Shown here: piece after piece, positions 1 through 11,990 of the stretch
Numbering within the stretch: position 1 is the stretch's first letter
Layout of the letters: every line of letters starts with the position of its first letter
Origin: Camelus dromedarius
Lineage: Eukaryota
NCBI RefSeq assembly: GCF_036321535.1
Contig: NC_087437.1
Coordinates: 26,538,001 to 26,602,000, forward strand
Reading direction: 5' to 3'
Length of the DNA stretch: 64,000 nt
The notes under the pieces: model-generated
What the model saw: the letters and a program-made list of their open reading frames with translations, nothing else
Database searches by the model: none
What the model was told of the DNA's origin: nothing
Translations under genes and position numbers: made by a program

Positions 1-150
1 TCACCGGGGTGCTTTAAAACGTCTCAGTGCCAAGGTCATTTATCAGAACCATTGAATCAGAATGTCTGGGGGTGAGACTCGAGTATCAATAACTTTGAAA
101 GCTTCCCAGGTGATTCTAATTGTGTAGCCCAGGTTGAAAGCCCAAAGCTT
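1..150. mobile_element. MER5-type hAT-Charlie MITE (cut by window start)
   Basis: Motifs 'tgaatcagaatgtctgggggtgag' and 'gcttcccaggtgattctaat...gcccaggttgaaagcc' match recalled MER5A/B consensus. Confidence 0.7.
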
Positions 151-1224
151 TGATCATGAGTTCTTGAGCTTCAGTACTCACGCAAGGCAAGTTAGACTAG
201 AGGATATAACCTTCAGACTGGACAGCCCCCACCCCCACATCAAAGTCAGTGGCAGATCCTTTGGTCATCTTCACTCTGGGCCAGGGGATCATGAGAAAGG
301 GCCACTGGCGGAAATGGCTCCTCCTGACAATTAAAAAGGCCAATACTCGGGTCTTCCTTGACTCTTCCCAGGCACTTTGCCCCCGATATTGAGCCCCCAG
401 TGTGTTTCCATGGCTGTGTCCAACCCCCCCAACCCTCCCCACTGTCTGTTCTCAAGAAGAAAGGAGGAAGTGAGAAGGCTAGTTTTGAATATTTTCAGAT
501 ACATATATTTCCAAATGCGTTGGGAACGTTTGAACCATGTTAATGGGGTGAATACTGCTACCCACTCCTTCAGGAATACTACATCATGGAAATACTGTAC
601 TTAGAACAACACAGTATCACCATGGACCCCCCTGACCTGTGCAAATATTAGTCTTTAACTGAAATGACCAAAACCAGATGTTTCATATCTAGAATGTTTT
701 CTCACAGAGAGTTTCAATAGAAATATTTCAGCTCTCCAGATACATCCAAATAAAATATTTGGTTTTGAAACATTCTATTTTAAAAGTCAGTGAGTTGTAA
801 CTTCATTACAACAGAAAAGCATGAATGAGGGAGCTGTTTTCATCCTTCATTTCTCATCTTCAGGCTGAGCAAGGGTGAACTGTGAAAAGTGATGAAATTC
901 TGAACTCTGGTGATTCAGAGATGATTTTTCAAAAACATGCATCCCTGATGTAATGAAATTGAGAAATGCCAGTGACATTAACTGTAAAACCTGCTTGGTG
1001 ACTCCTTTCACATAGATTTGCATTATGAAACCAGAAGTGGCTTTTGATTAGAAAAATTTGTCCCCAGGATGTAATAAAATCATGCATATAGCCAAATTTT
1101 AAAGTCGTATCTTCAGAGAAAAATGTATCACTCTAAAGAGACTTAGTATTATCCAAATCTCAATATTAATAATACAGTATATTTAAAATAAACTCCAGGG
1201 GAAAACTGGAAAATGAAAATATTC

Positions 1225-1372
1225 TACTATACTTCTCAAATTTTAATTTGCATAAGAATCAACTAGGGATCTTATAAATTCCAATTCTGATAAGGGACCA
1301 AGATTCTGCATTTCTAGCAAGCTCTCAGGGGATATTGTTGCTGCCAGTCTATAGACCAAGGTCTTTGAAAGC
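1225..1372. mobile_element. MER5-type hAT-Charlie MITE, degenerate
   Basis: 'agaatcaactagggatctt', 'ttctgcatttctagcaagctctcaggggatattgttgctgcc'. Confidence 0.55.
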
Positions 1373-1849
1373 TTGATTTCCCCCTTCATTAATTATACCC
1401 ACTCCAAAGGTAACAATTTCTAAAGCTTTAATTCTTCACTAACATTTTCAGCAGCTTTGAACAGTCTTCACCATTACAATTTTATGTCTATTAACATTAT
1501 CTACCCTCTTCCCCAAGTTTTATTTTTTAACTCCTTAGAGGGTCTCTTTGTAAACAAATTTTCCCTTATCCCCCTTTTTATACTTGATTATATAGTCTAT
1601 AAACAATGTGTAAAGGTCATCAACTCATTATTAATTAGCAAACCAAGGCTTCTCCCCAGTGCCTGGGAGGAAGTGTACTAGTGAGACAATTGCTAGTGTT
1701 TAACAACTGTCACCAGCAGCACCTCCAGTAATAGTAGTGGTAACTACTGCTGATTGACGCTATTTGTCACACAGTGGTATAAGTGATTTATTTAATTCAT
1801 CTTAATTAATTGTTATAAGAACCCAATGAATAGGTATTTATTTTGTTTA

Positions 1850-2055
1850 GCAGTTATGTAATGCTTTCTATGTGCCAAGCATTGTTCTACATGCTCTTCA
1901 AATATTCAGTCAATCATCATAAACTGTATAAAGCTATTCTCATACTCATTTTACAGATGAGAAAGCTGAGGCCTAGTGATGTTAGGCAACTTGCCCAAAG
2001 TCACTTAGTGAGAAGAAAGTGATTTGATTAGAACCTAGGCAGTCTGGCTCTCAGT
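1850..2055 (-). mobile_element. MIR SINE
   Basis: MIR core antisense 'cattttacagatgagaaagctgaggc...caacttgcccaaagtcac...gaacctaggcagtctggctc'. Confidence 0.8.
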
Positions 2056-2398
2056 CAGTCATCCTCCTAAGCAATGGAGGAGACAGGTGAGAAAATCAAA
2101 ACTTAGGAACTTGTCTCACGGCCACTAAGAGGAGGGGACAAGGGTCAAAAGCAAGGTCTATTGGCCTCCCCATGACCCATTGTCTCTGCTTATTCCACAT
2201 TGCCTCTCTAACTTAGCAAAAACTGCCACTATGGAACATTTAATTCTCACTGAATAAATATGATCTCAGATCATTTGATGTGTATATTTAACTGATCATT
2301 TCTGTCTTCATTAAAAACAATTAGAATTTCAAGCCATAGCTATATATGCTTAAAAAGTGGTTTTAGATATTAGATCATGTCTGAATTTTAAATATGAC

Positions 2399-2470
2399 TT
2401 TTTTTTAATTGAAATATATCCAGTTTACAATATTGCATCAGTTCCTGTTGTACAGCATAATGTTTCATCA
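2399..2470 (-). mobile_element. Very short L1 3'-terminal fragment
   Basis: Poly-T then 'aattgaaatatatccagtttacaatattgcatcagttcctgttgtacagcata', same motif as the other L1 tails in the window. Confidence 0.6.
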
Positions 2471-2519
2471 ATTTAGAGACCCAAGAGTCTCATATATTAA
2501 TATGCATAGAAGGAACAGG

Positions 2520-4780
2520 ATGTTTTTCACTGTTATTTCTTTAAAAGTATTTTTTCTACCCCATTTTCTATCTCCTTTTTTTCTGAGACTCATTACACAT
2601 TTATTAGACATCTTGATATTTCCCATTGGTCACTGTCATTTTTTTAAGTGTTTTCAACTTTTTTCCCTCTATTCTTCAGATTTGATGATTTCTATTAGCC
2701 TGTCTTTAAGTTAATTGACCCTTTCTTCTCCTACTTCCAACATGCTGTTACATAATTTTTCCATTTCTGACATTTAATTTCTATATCTAGAATTTCAATT
2801 TAGTTCTTTATAGTGTCCATTTCTTTGCTGGTATTTCCCACATATTCAACCATTGTGATTTTTTTCCTTTAAGACCTCTAACACATTTATAATACCTGCA
2901 GCAAAGTTCTTATCTGCTAATTCCAACATTTAATCCTAGGGTTGATTTCTATTGCTGGTTTTTCCTCTTAGCTTTAGATCATATTTTCCTGTCCCTTTGC
3001 ATGCATGCCTATCAATTTATGGTCTCTTAATTCCAAATTCGCTCTTAGTACCTGCTCTGTGAAAGTGGATTGACTCTTCAAGCATTTCTTCTATGTAGTT
3101 AATATGAGGTTAAGCTTCATTAGTGAAGGAGACTAGAGGTACGTTGCCAGATAAAGAGCACTTCTCTTCCTGGTTCTGATATGCTGCGTTGTTCTCACTT
3201 GCTCCTGCTGCGGAGTCCAACAGTATGTGTGTAGGGGGTGGGGGGTGGGGAGTATCCAGTGGTGCACTACCTCCAGTGTGTGCCTAGAGCACATAGTCCT
3301 TTGGTGACCTGGCAGTCCTATCCTAGGCCTGGTGACCACATGTTGCAGCCTTCCTGATGTGGACAATAGAACACTTCAGGCCTTGTACTGGGAAAGGTGC
3401 TTCAATTCCCTTTGTGCAGCTGCCCACTAGTCTTAGCTTGCTTGCATCCCAGAGAATTGGTTCCTGTTGTCTTCCTGATGCACGCAGCACCATGCTTGAG
3501 ACCTTGTGCTAGCAATGGTGCTCTGACTGCCTTGGATTGCCTGCACCTCAGAGTTGTTTCCTAAGATACTCTAAACAGGGACTCGGTACACCCCCTCTGC
3601 CAGTAAGCAGGCTTCTAACACTCTGACTCCCTATGTGTACCCACCTGCCAGTATCAGCTTGCCTGTGTACTGGAGTTTGCTTCCTGCTCCATGCTGATAT
3701 GGACAAGTTCTGGCTTTAGCAACCAGTAAAATTCTCTGCCCTCTGTTGTACTGAAACTCCTTCTCTAACGAGGTCTGAACCCTAGTCTTAGGTAGGAAAA
3801 ACCTGTCCAAGTTTTTTCTTCCTGGAGTACTCTTCCTCAGCCCCAGAGTACCCTTTTGAATTCTCTTTCCATCTTTATGACTCTTCTATCATAATTTAAT
3901 AATTCTTTGTATTAAACTTTTTTTGGTTGAAACTACTGTGTGGTTTCTATCCTGATTATACCCAGACTGATACAACCTATCTAGTATTTTTTTAATTATA
4001 TATTGGACATTATTATTAATATGTTATAGAGACTCTGGATTGTGTTATTTTCCTCTGAATAGTATTGATTTTTGTTCTAGTCACCATTTTAATTATTGAC
4101 TTATCATCTTGAATTTATATAAACTTAGTTTCACATTTTGTGAGGGGAAAATTCTGTTTTAGTTTTGCCTTTATTCCTAGGGTAAATCCCCCAGTATTGA
4201 GACAGTCATTTTTCATAAAGTGTGGCTATTCTGGAATTTCAATAGGAATATTGAGATATTTACCAAGCCCTTCTAATTTTGCAGGACTCAAACTTTAAAT
4301 TCAACCTTCCTATACTGTGTAGCTCCATGGCTTTCTAGCTGTCGCTTTTCACTGGGCTTCTTGAAGTCTCTCCCATACATGCACAGTTCAAAATTCAGCC
4401 AAGGATTTGAGGAAAGTTTATATACAGACTTTAAGATTCCTCCTCTCTGTTCCCCTCTTTTCTGAGATTTCCTCCCTTAATTTCCAGATATTTTAGCAGC
4501 TTTGAACTCCATTCTTTGACATTCCAATCCAACAAAATTGCAGTTTTCTATTTGAACTCTAGCCATTCCCTATAGTTTTGGCTGGGGTTTGCTTTCAGGG
4601 AAAACTGTATAAAAATGCACATCTCATCTTTCCTTCTTCTCTTCAGTGTCTGCCAGAGTTTGGCTGCTCTCTGGTGCCTTATAATAGTAATTTTTTTTGT
4701 ATTTTGTCTAAAGTTTACCATTGCTGTATGCTGAAAGATTAGTCTGATAGAAGTTTTCTGCTATTATCAGGACCAGGACT
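2520..4780 (-). mobile_element. Ancient L1 (L1M/L1ME-type 5' region) interrupted by an LTR
   Basis: T-rich old-L1 antisense character on both sides of 3010-3974; sequence reads through across the LTR (tgcatgcc|...|tctagtattttt). Confidence 0.55.
3010..3974 (+). mobile_element. LTR41/LTR33-like ERVL solo LTR
   Basis: 5' end 'tatcaatttatggtctcttaattccaaattcgctcttagtacctgctctgtga' and 3' end 'attaaac...tgtggtttctatcctgattatacccagactgataca' match recalled LTR41/LTR33 termini. Confidence 0.65.
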
Positions 4781-5928
4781 CTAAACTGCATTGTATTAAG
4801 ACATCATTCAAATAAATCACTGATAGAGGTATTAGCAATATTAATATTGAAAAGGATTTTACTAAACAAAAATCAGAGAAATTATATCTCTGAGTCAATT
4901 TTTGATATTAAAGTAGCAAGTTAATCTTGGATTAAGGTATTTTTAAAGAAAACAACTAATTTTGATTATATTATACAACACTGAATTCTGCATATTAAGT
5001 TTGCCCTTGAAGTGCCTTACTGAACCATCAACAGATTGCGTGAAATATGTTAAGTATTAAATATTTTAAAAATAAGATTTCAGCTAGGAAAAAAAGCTTG
5101 TTGCAATTTGACAGTCTTTTTATCCAAAATGGGAAGAATTTGGCATGTGATACTGTATTTTGATGAGCATAGTATATGAAAATGTAATGGTTCAGACAAG
5201 GTTTTAAGGTACAAATATTACATATTTATGATTGCATTTCCCAGTGTGTATACCATAGTACTGTCAACAATGAAGTTGATCTAGGAAATCAGTTAATGAG
5301 GATATAAAGACATTTTTATAAGAAATAGAAATTTTGGAAATGTGTAAGAAGCTTTGATAAATTTCAGTTTATTTCTTATCCAGTTGATTGTAGAAACAAG
5401 AATGACTACATGACAAAACACTGAGTTGCATGTTTTCCCTCTTCTATCTTTTTTATTGTGATATTTTGTAGTTGAGAATTTTTTAAACTGATAAATGTTC
5501 AAATGTATACTGTGTTTTAATAAAACAGGGAGCTACCAACATTGATTGCAGAACTCCTGTGTTTCAAGAGCTCTCTGCAAAGCAACGGCTCTCCTAATGT
5601 AAGACTGTCTCTGGTTCCTTGGGTTCTCAATATGCTAGAAGCTCCCCAACCAGGGTGGTGTCTCTAGGTGACAGCTAATAGTCTGTGATTCTTAAAAGGG
5701 ACAGAAAGGTCTCTAAAAGACATAACCTTTAGATTCATAACCTTTCATCCTTTCTTACCTCTCACAGTCATTTCACTACACATTCTGCTTGCACAGAAAG
5801 CTCAAAACCGTATACTACTATTTATCCACTTCTAGACCATTTTATTCAATCTAGGTAATTCCAAGATTAGAGACTCACCTTACTCAGTTATTTTGACATG
5901 GCTAAAAGTATTAATTTGTCTTTTCCAG

Positions 5929-6474
5929 TTTGGCCAGGCTGATGGCCTCTCTGCCCTGACTCAAGTTTCAAATGTGGCTGGTTGTTCTTATTTCACCAGC
6001 CTTTAATCGGGTTTCAGGCTACCTCCTGTAGGACCCGTTTTGAGCCTGGGAATGGCAGCCCGCTTTTCACTTCGGGCTCCCAGTCAGCTTGTGGGCTTTA
6101 GGTTGAATCTGATCTTGCCATCACCTTGATCCACTGTCCCTGGACTTTGACTGTCAAGAAATGCTTTGGAGTCTCCTCTGAGGTTATTGGCTGGCTCTGC
6201 GACACAATATCTGCACCGAGTTTGTAAACTGATTGTAAATGTGTGCCATTTTATTGATGAAATTGTATCAGTTCTAAATAGGCAGATAAGGCAAGCCCCT
6301 GTTTGTGGAATCCTGACCACCTGAGAGATGGCAAGATGGTCCTCAGCAATCCAAATTTTAATTATGTCTCCCAGATAATCGAATCCAGTAACTTTTATGT
6401 GTGAATTAGGAATATATATATATATTCCTATATATAGGTATATAGATATAGATACGGATAAATATAGATAGATG

Positions 6475-6520
<46 letters not shown>

Positions 6521-7510
6521 CCTAATGCTAGTTTTGCTCTTTCTGGCTGATCTAATAAAGAGTAAAGAAAATGAGTTAATAATCCCCACATTAACTAATC
6601 TCTTGTAGGTGTGGTGGGATGAGGAATCCCCACTCACAAAGCACAGGGCCAGCTGAGCTGGCAGAGTTAAACCTGAAGGCAGTGAGAGAGAAGCAGGTCA
6701 GGATTCTATCCCTGCCAACAGGAGTGCGCGCTGGGAAGGGGAGGCTACAGGAAGAAATGCCCAAGGAAGCGACTTCTCAGGATCTGTGCTCAAGTCCCAT
6801 CATTGATGAGACATGGACATGACTAAAAGGGCTGGCCAATCTCAGAAAAATATATGGAAAACAAGAAAATAAATGGACTAAGGTACCAAGTGTTTGAGTT
6901 GGCTATTATCTTGAGACATTTGAAATATGCTTAAACTATACCAGTGAACTTAGCTGGCAGCATTTTTTCCTTGGTTAAGGTTGAGTCTATGCAGCAGAAG
7001 ATCTGAGCAGGGCTGTGATGATCTCAGTGACTTTGATGTCTACCAGTGGCCAAATGCAGATTTTTAGCATTATGATTATCATTATCATTATTAATTTTAC
7101 TCAGAGGAGAGAGAGTGGAGTGATAATATATGTGCATTTTTTGAGTCCAATTCAACTATCTCCTTCTCATGGAGTTAAAATACTGTGAACATATTTGGCA
7201 TATGTATTCTGTATGATATTCTCTACAGCCCTTCACACATTGCAAAGAGTGTAGATGCAAAGCTATGTATACTGTGTATTTTATAAGATACAAACTTTGT
7301 TTTCAAGACTATATTAGATTTTATGTGGTTTTTTTTTTTATTACATATTGATTTTAGAATCTTTGTTCTGGGTAAGACAAGAGTCTACTCTTTAGGGTTC
7401 TTGATAAGCAATTAAAATGTGTTCTGTTTGTATTTTGTTTATCTTCAGACATGAGTGTATTATATATATTTATTTTAATAGTTATAAAAATAAACCCTGA
7501 GGTGATGTCC
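5929..7510 (+). other. Putative terminal exon / 3' UTR of an unidentified gene
   Basis: Acceptor-like sites at 5928 (ttaatttgtcttttccag) and 5999 (ttgttcttatttcaccag, CTGAC branch point about 40 nt upstream); TE-free; AU-rich end with many TGTA, ATTAAA 7411, AATAAA 7489-7494 and a U-rich downstream tract. Gene not recognised. Confidence 0.35.
6465..6520. repeat. (GATA)n tetranucleotide microsatellite
   Basis: Directly visible tandem GATA run with one GATG variant. Confidence 0.95.
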
Positions 7511-8759
7511 TATTAATTTTTTCAATTTATATTTATTTCATGGGGGCTAAAGGGGGCCACCCTTCTTTATTAGTTGCCTTGAGGTGTTGGGAACCTGGAG
7601 AACTTAGGACAGTGGTGATGTTCACCTGAGATGTGTGCCCAGCACAGGTAAGAGATACCAGATACTCAGGGAAGCTTATCACAAAAGCATTTTCTTGCCT
7701 TCAATTCTATGTATTTCTGACCTTAGTTTTCTCAAAAGAAAAAAAAAAGGAAAGAAAGAACTGAGAAAACAGAAACAACTGTAGGATAAATGTGTTGAAC
7801 AGTGAAGGGGGATGGAATTTTTGTTAGGTCTTCCAAAAAGGAACTGAGAGGAGTTAGTACATAAGGCACTAGCTGATTAGACAGAATAAGCATGAGTTTC
7901 ATAGAGAAGTAATAAAGAAAATATTTAAGCAAACTTTGAAAAAGTTGCAGGAGTGTCGAGAAAGAAACTTTCCTGCTTGAGATAAATCGCCAGGCAGGAA
8001 TGATACACTGTCTCATCCAGCTTGATGAATGAGTGATCTCAAGTCACACAGTCTGTGAAACTGATCACCACAGAGGACCTGGAAATCTACTACCAGGAGC
8101 TATGTCGGGGGCAAGCCCCCCATTGCCAATTGGCAATTTTGCAGAGGCATTTGAAATAATGCTTACATTTATAAGCATTATATGCTTATAATTTACCTGT
8201 AAACCTGGCAAAAATACATGTTTTGGAAAACATATTGAGTAAGACAGGATTAAAATATATCTACATCAAAATATTGTTTTTCTTCTTTGGAATAAATGGG
8301 AGCCTTTAAAAAAGATCTCCTTTATCCACATTGCTCAGGTATAGATGCTCCCCCCACCCCATGAAGTGAAGGCCTGATTGTTGAAAGATGTGTCTAGAGT
8401 CATGAGTCATGGGAACAGTCTGCTGACTTCCAATTTAGAGATTAGATCATATCTGGTATTCTTGGAAAGATGTTTGGAAGCTCTAGTTCTTGTAAAGGAA
8501 TGTAGGCCTTCCGCCTCACTGAGCAGCCCTCCCTGGTGCAGACACACACACAGAGCTTGTGCTGTGCCCTTCTTTCCCTTTAGAATGAGAACTAAAAGAA
8601 TGTGAACTATGCAGGAAAATGATATTCAAACAATTCAGAGAAAACTAATGTGAACAATCTAATAGGATCCTTAGTGCAGGGCTAACAAAGTTATGGTCCA
8701 GGAATGTGGGTGGGAGGTCACTGTAAGCTGAAAACTTGCCCTGTTTTGCTTCGGTGGCC

Positions 8760-9190
8760 CCAAGAAGATGAAACAAAACAACAATAGGATGCTAAGAATC
8801 ATTGAGAAAGTCATGGGAAATGAAAACTAGCACTATCCTGCCAGGGGTATCGAAACTGGGAATGTCACATGTTGTTCTGGTTGTTGCATTTGAAGAAACA
8901 AAACAAAACAAAACAAAACAAAACTGGAGCAGGCTTGTAGACGGATAGAGGAGAATTCCATATGCAGAAATTAAATACTCCCCAAACCCGACAAAAAAGG
9001 TTTAGAGGAAGATGGGACTCAAAAACATACAACGGGAGAGGCTGTGGCTGGATCAACACAGACTCACCAAGAGCACGTTTACCAGACCCAGAGCCCCCTT
9101 GTGAAGTTACAAAGGGTGCAAATTAGGACAAATGAAAGAAGGCCTTTCTGTGCACTGAGCAGTTAGGAAGTTTTATGCAAGGCTTCACTC
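8760..9190 (+). mobile_element. CR1/L3-type ancient LINE fragment containing an (AAAAC)n run at about 8896-8924
   Basis: 'gttctggttgttgcatttgaagaaa...ctggagcagg' and 'gaagttacaaagggtgcaaattaggacaaatgaaagaagg' resemble CR1/L3 ORF2 3' region. Confidence 0.45.
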
Positions 9191-9195
9191 AGAGA

Positions 9196-9708
9196 TGTGC
9201 GGTGCCAGCCAGTGCCTGCTGAGGCCTGGTGACCCCCATTCCTGGGCTCTCGGATGTCTGCCTGTGACCCCTCGAAAAAAAAAAAAGTACACCCTTTTCC
9301 TGACGTGTGTTTGCCTTAGCAGAATTAACAGCCCTGGGAAATGGTTAACCTCACAAAAGCTCAGGCTGACTTGTCTCAGCCCACGCTTCCTCCTTATCAG
9401 AGTCATAAATCCCACCACCCTCCCATATACCAAAGCCCCTTACCTCACTGATAGCCAAGCGAAAATATGTTCCCCTATCCCCTGTGTGCACAACCCCTTC
9501 CTAAGAAAAAACCCTACACGTTCGCCCCAGCTCACACACAGGCACCTCTCATCTGTGTGGCCCACTGTTGCCTGCAGAAGCGAATCTATTAAACTTTCCC
9601 TTGGTTTCATAAACTTTCCTTTGTCTTTGGTAAATTCTTTTACTGCCCTTGACACTGGACCCTGTGTCCCCCACCAAGATGGAGTACGAGTAGCAAACAT
9701 CCATAACA
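9196..9708 (+). mobile_element. ERV solo LTR (ERV1-like), family unassigned
   Basis: TG...CA bounded, TATA-like 'taagaaaaaccc', ATTAAA near 9588, U5-like 'ggtaaattcttttactgcc'; no clean TSD found. Confidence 0.55.
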
Positions 9709-9749
9709 CCAGGAAAGGTTTGGGTGTGACAATGACACCAGATGAAAGG

Positions 9750-9975
9750 GTATGAACTTTGGTGCTAGATGGTCTCGGGTTTGGATCCCAGTTAGGGGAT
9801 TTGCTAAGAGTGACTTTAGATGTTAGTCTCCCTGAGTTTCATATTTCTTATCTACTAAACAGAGGTCATGACATTGTCTACGTCACTGGGTTGTTGTGAG
9901 GATTAAATGAGATAATGGATTAAAAACACCTAGCATGGGGCCCAGCACATAGTAATAGGTCAATAGAGGTTAACT
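9750..9975 (+). mobile_element. MIR SINE
   Basis: 'gggttgttgtgaggattaaatgagataatg...cccagcacatagtaa'. Confidence 0.85.
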
Positions 9976-10066
9976 AGTAATATGAGTCGCAGCTAAGACT
10001 TGCAATGTGATCACTGGAGGTAATGTGGTTGCTCTGAGCCTATGTAGGAATCCTTATGTTCCAGTA

Positions 10067-10404
10067 CAGAGATACACAAGCATTTTCTGCAAAGATCCAG
10101 ATAGTAAACATTTTAGGCTTTGTGGCACATGTGGTCTCTGTCTGAAATATTCAATTCTGTCCTTTAGCATGAAAGCAGCCATAGACAATCTGTAAATGAA
10201 CTGACATTCTTGCATTCCAATTCAACTTTATTGATGGACACTGGAATGTGAATTTCACATAATTTTCACATGTCATTAAATATTATTATTCTTCTGTCTT
10301 TTGTTCAACCATTTAAACATGTGAAAACCATGCTTATCTCCTGGGCTTTACGAAAACAGGTTGTGGGCTGATTTGGTCCACAGGTTGTGGTTTGTCTACT
10401 GCTG
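10067..10404. mobile_element. MER58B hAT-Charlie MITE
   Basis: 'ttttctgcaaagatccagatagtaaacattttaggctttgtgg', 'aaagcagccatagacaat', internal 'gaatttcacataattttcacatgtca' extension typical of MER58B. Confidence 0.8.
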
Positions 10405-10412
10405 CGCTAAGA

Positions 10413-10912
10413 TAAGCAGAGAGTGCAGAATAAGTCACCCCAGAAGGTGCTCCTTTGGCATGTGGATTATTTTAAGCTGAAGACAATCAAGACCCAGCAG
10501 ACTCAGGAAAAGCTTCTGACCTCCCCTTAACTGCCTAAAGGAAATTCAAAAGGGAGCCTGGACCAGGAAGACAGCTATTCTGAGAGAGAACCTTATCATC
10601 TAAGAAACACGTCTGCAGGGCTGGGCAAATTTTATTTACCAAACATCTGCTCTTCTCATCCTCCTCCTGTGAACTGCCCTCCTCCCCTTTGAAGCCCAAG
10701 GCTCCAATTCCATTCCTTAGCTCAGGATGGTATATAAGCCTCAATGGCATGGGTGGCTTTGGGTCTTATATCCTTGTGGTGCTCCTGTAGGTACATAATT
10801 AAATTTGTTTTTCTCCTGTTAATCTGCCTTTTCATTATGGGAGGGTGAGGGTGGTGAGGTCTCGGCCAATAACTTAGAAGGGTAGAAGGAAAATTGCTTT
10901 TCCTCCCCAACA
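10413..10912 (+). mobile_element. MER34/MER39-like ERV1 solo LTR
   Basis: 'tcaccccagaaggtgctcctttggcatgtggattattttaagctgaag', TATA 'tatataagc', 3' end 'tttctcctgttaatctg...ttttcctccccaaca'. Confidence 0.7.
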
Positions 10913-11754
10913 ATAATAATTCAATTCACTTGGTTCTGACAATATTAAGAGCACTTCCCAATCTCTAGTTTTGTAATGCTCCATTCTCATTCAAGGATGC
11001 ACACTGTCTTTTGCTAAATGTGCTGCCTGGCATCTCTGTGTTGGGGAAAGTGAACTAAAAATATCTTTTGAAGAGAATAGGAAATTCTCAGGATTCCATC
11101 TGAGATTCTGGCCATCTGTAGACCCGTAGGATAAGGTAGGAAAAAGGGAATTAGAACCACACTGGCTAAGAAAATTGTAATTGTCTCTTGGTGGTAAGTT
11201 CTAAAAATGACAAACGTAAAATGCTCTAGGAACCATTGCCAATCTTATGTCTTTCTATTTGTGACTCAGTGGATCGTAAGACTGGGACTCAGTTAATCAA
11301 CAGCTGAAAAATATTGTGATAATAAAGCCCAAGATTCTGAAGGTAGCTTTGTAAACATCTTTTAAAATGGTGACTCATGACTAATGCTAGGACATCTGCA
11401 GGGAGGTTTGCCGGGAAGGACAAAATTTATTCTTGATATTTCTGTTAGTATGCTTGAATAAATTTTCCTTTAAAATTGGAAACTGTAATCGTCTGTTACT
11501 ACAGTGTTGTGGGGCCTTGTGTGTGTGAAATGATGCTTCTTCCTTCCGCATGCACGCCTCTCCCACCCTTCAGAGTGAATTGGAGAATTTGAAATCATCA
11601 CAGCTGAGAGCACGAAGCTCGGGGCAGGGTGGACAGAGGGAAGGAAACACAGTGAAGGATCTTCTGCAAATCTCCATCCTGAATATCACTTTCTTGACCT
11701 TAACCTACCTCTCCATCTACCAGCACTGAATGGCGCCTCTTAACACGCTGACAT

Positions 11755-11990
11755 CTGTTAGGCCCGATGGGCACAGTAGCCAGCATCCACAGTATTTTTA
11801 AGGGTCCGTTAAAATGTTTTAATTTCTTTTAAAATCAGAAGGAAACATTAACTTTTAGGCTGAAGAAAATGTTTTCGTATGTAATATTAACTGTTTGTCC
11901 TTTATAGCAATCTAACAGCAAAATAGAATTTTAAATATTTTTTATGGAGGAAGAGGCCCATGAAGATAAAGTTGTGGTCCTGCTTCTTGG
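11755..11990 (+). mobile_element. ORSL-like hAT-Tip100 MITE
   Basis: 'aaaatgttttaatttcttttaaaatcagaagg...tttttatggaggaagaggcccatgaag'; a reverse-complement copy lies at about 53965-54195. Confidence 0.65.

Noticed and set aside
864..997. Possible exon after 'ttctcatcttcag'
   Set aside because: Stops in all three frames within a few codons and a weak donor; cannot be distinguished from chance
9195..9755. Longest ORF (186 aa)
   Set aside because: Coincides with a solo LTR, includes a poly-A-derived Lys run and resembles no protein I recognise
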